A model generated the notes under the pieces. The model made no database searches, was not told the origin of the DNA, and saw only the letters and a program-made list of their open reading frames with translations. Positions 26,610 through 29,644 of a stretch of DNA of 29,644 nt are shown one piece after another; positions within the stretch are counted from its first letter, which is position 1; each line of letters opens with the position of its first letter. This stretch comes from Bdellovibrionales bacterium (GTDB lineage: Bacteria > Bdellovibrionota > Bdellovibrionia > Bdellovibrionales > Bdellovibrionaceae), in contig JANMPT010000014.1 of assembly GCA_031370005.1 (NCBI GenBank), positions 1-29,644 of the forward strand, in the 5' to 3' direction. The position numbers and the translations under genes are program-made.

Positions 26610-27408
26610 AATGGAAAACCCGTCATGCTTAAAAAGCTAAATTCGATTGCTTGATTGTAGGTGACGGTTTAAAAAGGGACCAATGGCGCCGATTTGGAAG
26701 TCCCATGGTCCACGCCTAAAGCATGTGCAAAAGGGGCCAGGGATTTCATCATTCAGAAAAATTATCAAATAATTTTATCCAACAAAATCCACTGGAGTTA
26801 ACAGGCGGCGAAAAAAATTAAATTTTCAAAACTGAATAGCTTGAATTTTATTTTCTTTCGAAGTGTTTTCGATAAACTATTTTTACTCATGTAGGTGCTC
26901 CTTTGTAGTTCGCTAGTTTCCATTCTTGAGCATCAACGAAGGTCATCACAACGAAGAAAGGATTTTTATTGAGGTGTCTTAAATCTTAAATAACATGGCT
27001 CTGCAGAGCGACTATGGCTTAAGACGCCTTTTAAATTATATTTTCAAAATTCTTAGGACTAACGTTCTGCTGATATCGCTTGCGCTGAAGTGGCCCCTAT
27101 GGGACCGGCTGTCCGCCGAAAATGGCCCCTTTTTAAACCGCCACCTACACTATCCATCAGAAAATCAATCAAAATAAAAATTTGTCAGTCGCATTAAGTA
27201 CTTAACAACAGAACGAAAGCGACATAATCGAAAGCGGAATATTTCAGAGTATTTCTAGGTATTTCAAAGTCTTGCTACAGTCTGCTACAACTTTTACTAC
27301 ACCTAATTTCTATAGAGCGATTTCATATGCGCCGACCGCTGCACTTCTGCGGGGACGGCGCGTGTGAAATAAATTTTTTGAACCTGAATAAAAGGTAAAG
27401 GACTTGCT

Positions 27409-27576
27409 ATGGAAATCGTAAAATTTGTTTCGTTCGTTGTAAGGCTTGGTTTGCTGCTGGCCTTTGTCGGTCGGCTAAAGTTCTGCACGCTGATGATGAT
27501 GGGGCTTGCTAGCGAAAAGTCACAAAAAGGAATTATGTCGTACTCGAAATACACAAAGCAGCTTACAGGCCGCTAA
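27409..27576 (+). CDS. 55-aa small protein with a hydrophobic N-half (absent from the ORF track)
   Basis: AAAGGA RBS; MEIVKFVSFVVRLGLLLAFVGRLKFCTLMMMGLASEKSQKGIMSYSKYTKQLTGR*; followed by a terminator. Confidence 0.65.
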   Translation: MEIVKFVSFVVRLGLLLAFVGRLKFCTLMMMGLASEKSQKGIMSYSKYTKQLTGR

Positions 27577-27607
27577 AAGCTCTATCAAAACTAAAAAAAT
27601 TATTTTT

Positions 27608-27637
27608 AAGCCTGAAGCTAACCCTTCGGGCTTTTTT
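27608..27637 (+). terminator. Intrinsic terminator
   Basis: AAGCCTGAAG-CTAACC-CTTCGGGCTT followed by a T run. Confidence 0.8.
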
Positions 27638-27673
27638 ATATTCAAAAAACCAAAATTTCATATGGACGTAAAT

Positions 27674-28460
27674 ATGTCGAAAAAAACATTTCTATACATA
27701 AGAGTTTCAACATTAGATCAAGTGAATGGGGCTGAATCACAGGCCCGCGCACTTTTAGAATGGTGCACCCGTAATAACATCACCGAATATGAAACTTTCA
27801 CCGATCACGGCATTTCGGGCGCTAAAGAAAGTAGGCCGCACTTGATAAAATGATGGACCGAGTGAAGCGGCTTGAAGCTGACCAAGTCATCGTTTTTGCC
27901 TTTAGCCGATTCGCCAGAAGCACAATGTATTTACTCAAAGGTTTACAGATTTTCAAGGACTGCAAAACCCGTTTTGTCAGTATTACCGAGCAGATTGATA
28001 CTGAATCCAGCATGGGAATTGCTATGTTTACAATTTTAGGCAGTTTGGCTCAATTAGAAAGATCAATGATCCAAGAAAGGGTTCGCTCGGGTATGAAAAA
28101 TGCGAAAGCTAAAGGTAAAATTATTGGCCGCGTACGCAAAAGAAATTCGGCTTTAATCGAATCGCTTTTAGAAGCTGGATTATCGTTTAGGGAGATTGCT
28201 AGGATCTCAAAATGTTCGCACGGTTCAGTATCAGCCCAGAAAAAGGAATTTTTAGCTCGTAAAGATAAAGAACAAAAGCGAAAATTAGACGATCTTCAGA
28301 AAAAATCACTGAAAATAAATCTGAAAGTCCGATCGATACCATGAAAGCAATGAAAGTTTCAGATGATATTATTCAGCAAGTACAGGTTAAAATCGAAACT
28401 GAAGCTAGAACTAAAGTACATGAAGTTACCGGCGGAGCTGGTTACGAAACATTTGACTGA
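27674..28460 (+). pseudogene. Small serine recombinase (resolvase/invertase type) with two apparent 1-nt frameshifts
   Basis: YIRVST, DHGISG...RP, FSRFARS, ERSMIQERV..G...A...G...GR and a C-terminal HTH; shifts near 27837 and in the A6 run at 28300-28305. Confidence 0.88.
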
Positions 28461-28473
28461 GTTATCGGGTAAT

Positions 28474-28510
28474 AAAAATACGGAAGCAAAGATGGTTTCC
28501 GTATTTTTTT
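28474..28510 (+). terminator. Intrinsic terminator after the recombinase
   Basis: AAAAATACGGAAGC-AAAGATG-GTTTCCGTATTTTT and further Ts. Confidence 0.8.
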
Positions 28511-28624
28511 GTCTGAAGTGACTAAAAAGATATCTTTTTGACTGGTTTCACTTTGATCCCCGTTTCAAAAATAAATTTGTTTGTGCCAAGAAAATATTTT
28601 TTAAACTTAATGCGGGTACAAAGA

Positions 28625-28653
28625 AAAAATCCACTTTTTTGAAGTGGATTTTT
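28625..28653. terminator. Bidirectional terminator-like hairpin
   Basis: AAAAATCCACTT-TTTTG-AAGTGGATTTTT downstream of the minus-strand gene at 28706. Confidence 0.7.
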
Positions 28654-28705
28654 GGTAGCTAAAATTTTTCAGAATGAAGTGATTGTGACATGAGCCTCAA
28701 GCTTT

Positions 28706-29119
28706 TTAATTTGATTTTCCGAAGATAAGACCAATTGTGAGGCCACCGGCTCCCTGCTCGACAAGAGCCCACAAAAAATCTAAAGGTAGCGCGTTATAGG
28801 GGAATTTATAAACCCCAAATAGCACAAGGCTGTATGGCATCAGCCAACATACTCCCGCAGCCAATCCAAAGCGCAGCCCACTGATTGCTGGTGAGCTTCT
28901 CACCGGAACCAGCCTAGGGTAAAGCAACACCATAAGCACCGCCAGCATCAAATAACCAAAAGCAACAAGGACGAGGTTGGGTGGGTTTCGCATGAGTGCT
29001 GGATCGACATTGTTAATAATGAAATCGTGGACCAACACACCAGTATATAGACCAGCAAGAGCAAACATAACTGCTGTTGCCACGATGATAGCAATTAATG
29101 TTTTTCTAGTTTCCCACAT
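28706..29119 (-). CDS. Four-TM membrane protein (DUF1761-like), distantly similar to 15879..16280
   Basis: GAGGAG RBS; four hydrophobic helices; GLRFGL motif. Confidence 0.8.
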   Translation of the reverse strand: MWETRKTLIAIIVATAVMFALAGLYTGVLVHDFIINNVDPALMRNPPNLVLVAFGYLMLAVLMVLLYPRLVPVRSSPAISGLRFGLAAGVCWLMPYSLVLFGVYKFPYNALPLDFLWALVEQGAGGLTIGLIFGKSN

Positions 29120-29474
29120 ATAGTCTCCTCATCGAAGGGGCGAAGTGTTTTTACAGTGACAAGCAGTATTCTATTTACTTCATCCTAAGCTGTAAAGAAA
29201 TCAAATCCATTTAATAGCCAGTTCTCATATACGTAATATAGCTTTTGAAGCCTTAGAAGCTGGAACGACTTTTTAAGTTAGCTCTGGTTTAGCAACATTT
29301 AATCCAGAATTTTGAAAAAACAAATCTCGTCCCCACGGCTTTGTTCAAAAGGATCGCTATGCTGACAAGGTGATCTTTACTGATTTTTGAAAATAGTGAG
29401 CCCCACTACGTCCTCGTCGAAAATATTAATTTTATTTAAATCCAAGATATTTAACGGGTACTCCGCAGAGAAAG

Positions 29475-29503
29475 AAAAAGCTCTGTTATTTCTAACAGAG
29501 CTT
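29475..29503 (-). terminator. Intrinsic terminator-like hairpin
   Basis: AAGCTCTGTTA-TTTC-TAACAGAGCTT preceded by an A run. Confidence 0.65.
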
Positions 29504-29644
29504 AAAGTAACTAAAGTTTTTCAAATACAAGGGGTTATTGGATGCGTATAAACGCAAAACTACTTTAGTTCAATTTTCCAATAGGAGTATGTGTCGTCCT
29601 TTGGACAGTCCATCGCGCAATCAGCCTGGGAAAGAATAATGCTC

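Larger units (their letters stand above)
9058..29644. mobile_element. tRNA-adjacent accessory genomic island, decaying; right end not seen
   Basis: Starts after tRNA-Arg; mixed-orientation small accessory genes, several pseudogenes and a serine recombinase remnant; no att duplication found. Confidence 0.65.

Noticed and set aside
27506..27673. N-terminal extension of the recombinase ORF, and similar extensions at 11950, 6822, 6874 and 10861
   Set aside because: They cross terminators, operators or RBSs; better starts lie downstream
29160..29440. Degraded coding sequence; similar candidates at 9930-10100, 13530-13730, 15090-15230 and 25382-25477
   Set aside because: The frames are short or broken and I recognise no family motif; blastx is needed
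9058..29644. Integron cassette array or CRISPR array
   Set aside because: Genes are in mixed orientation with their own promoters, there is no intI or cas gene, and there are no regularly spaced repeats. Isolated RYYYAAC (19874) and GTTRRRY (about 17986) matches lack partner boxes.

Overview
Bacterial chromosomal window, probably from a Bdellovibrionota/Oligoflexia-like organism; this is inferred from gene content and protein style, not from a search. Bases 1-9057 are a mostly core block: two tandem secreted paralogs, cinA-like, isovaleryl-CoA-type dehydrogenase, trmH, a secreted DUF3626-like protein, an RluA-RlmI/K-like fusion, lemA with two TPM genes, and tRNA-Arg(UCG). The remaining ~20 kb after the tRNA is an accessory island that looks more AT-rich. 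It is made of small stress, detoxification and DNA-alkylation-repair modules, most with their own regulator and a visible palindromic operator. These are interspersed with broken genes and orphan 3' gene ends, and the island ends in a frameshifted small serine recombinase preceded by a phased-repeat and hairpin region. The most unusual signals are: (i) an abrupt switch to C/A-ending codons next to a 23-bp palindrome at 8880-8902, suggesting palindrome-linked local mutagenesis; (ii) a yciI gene flanked by two synonymously diverged copies of the tag 3' end; (iii) a signal-peptide DUF3626-like candidate effector; and (iv) an operator implying that DUF2239 is a repressor. Family calls come from motif recognition by eye.
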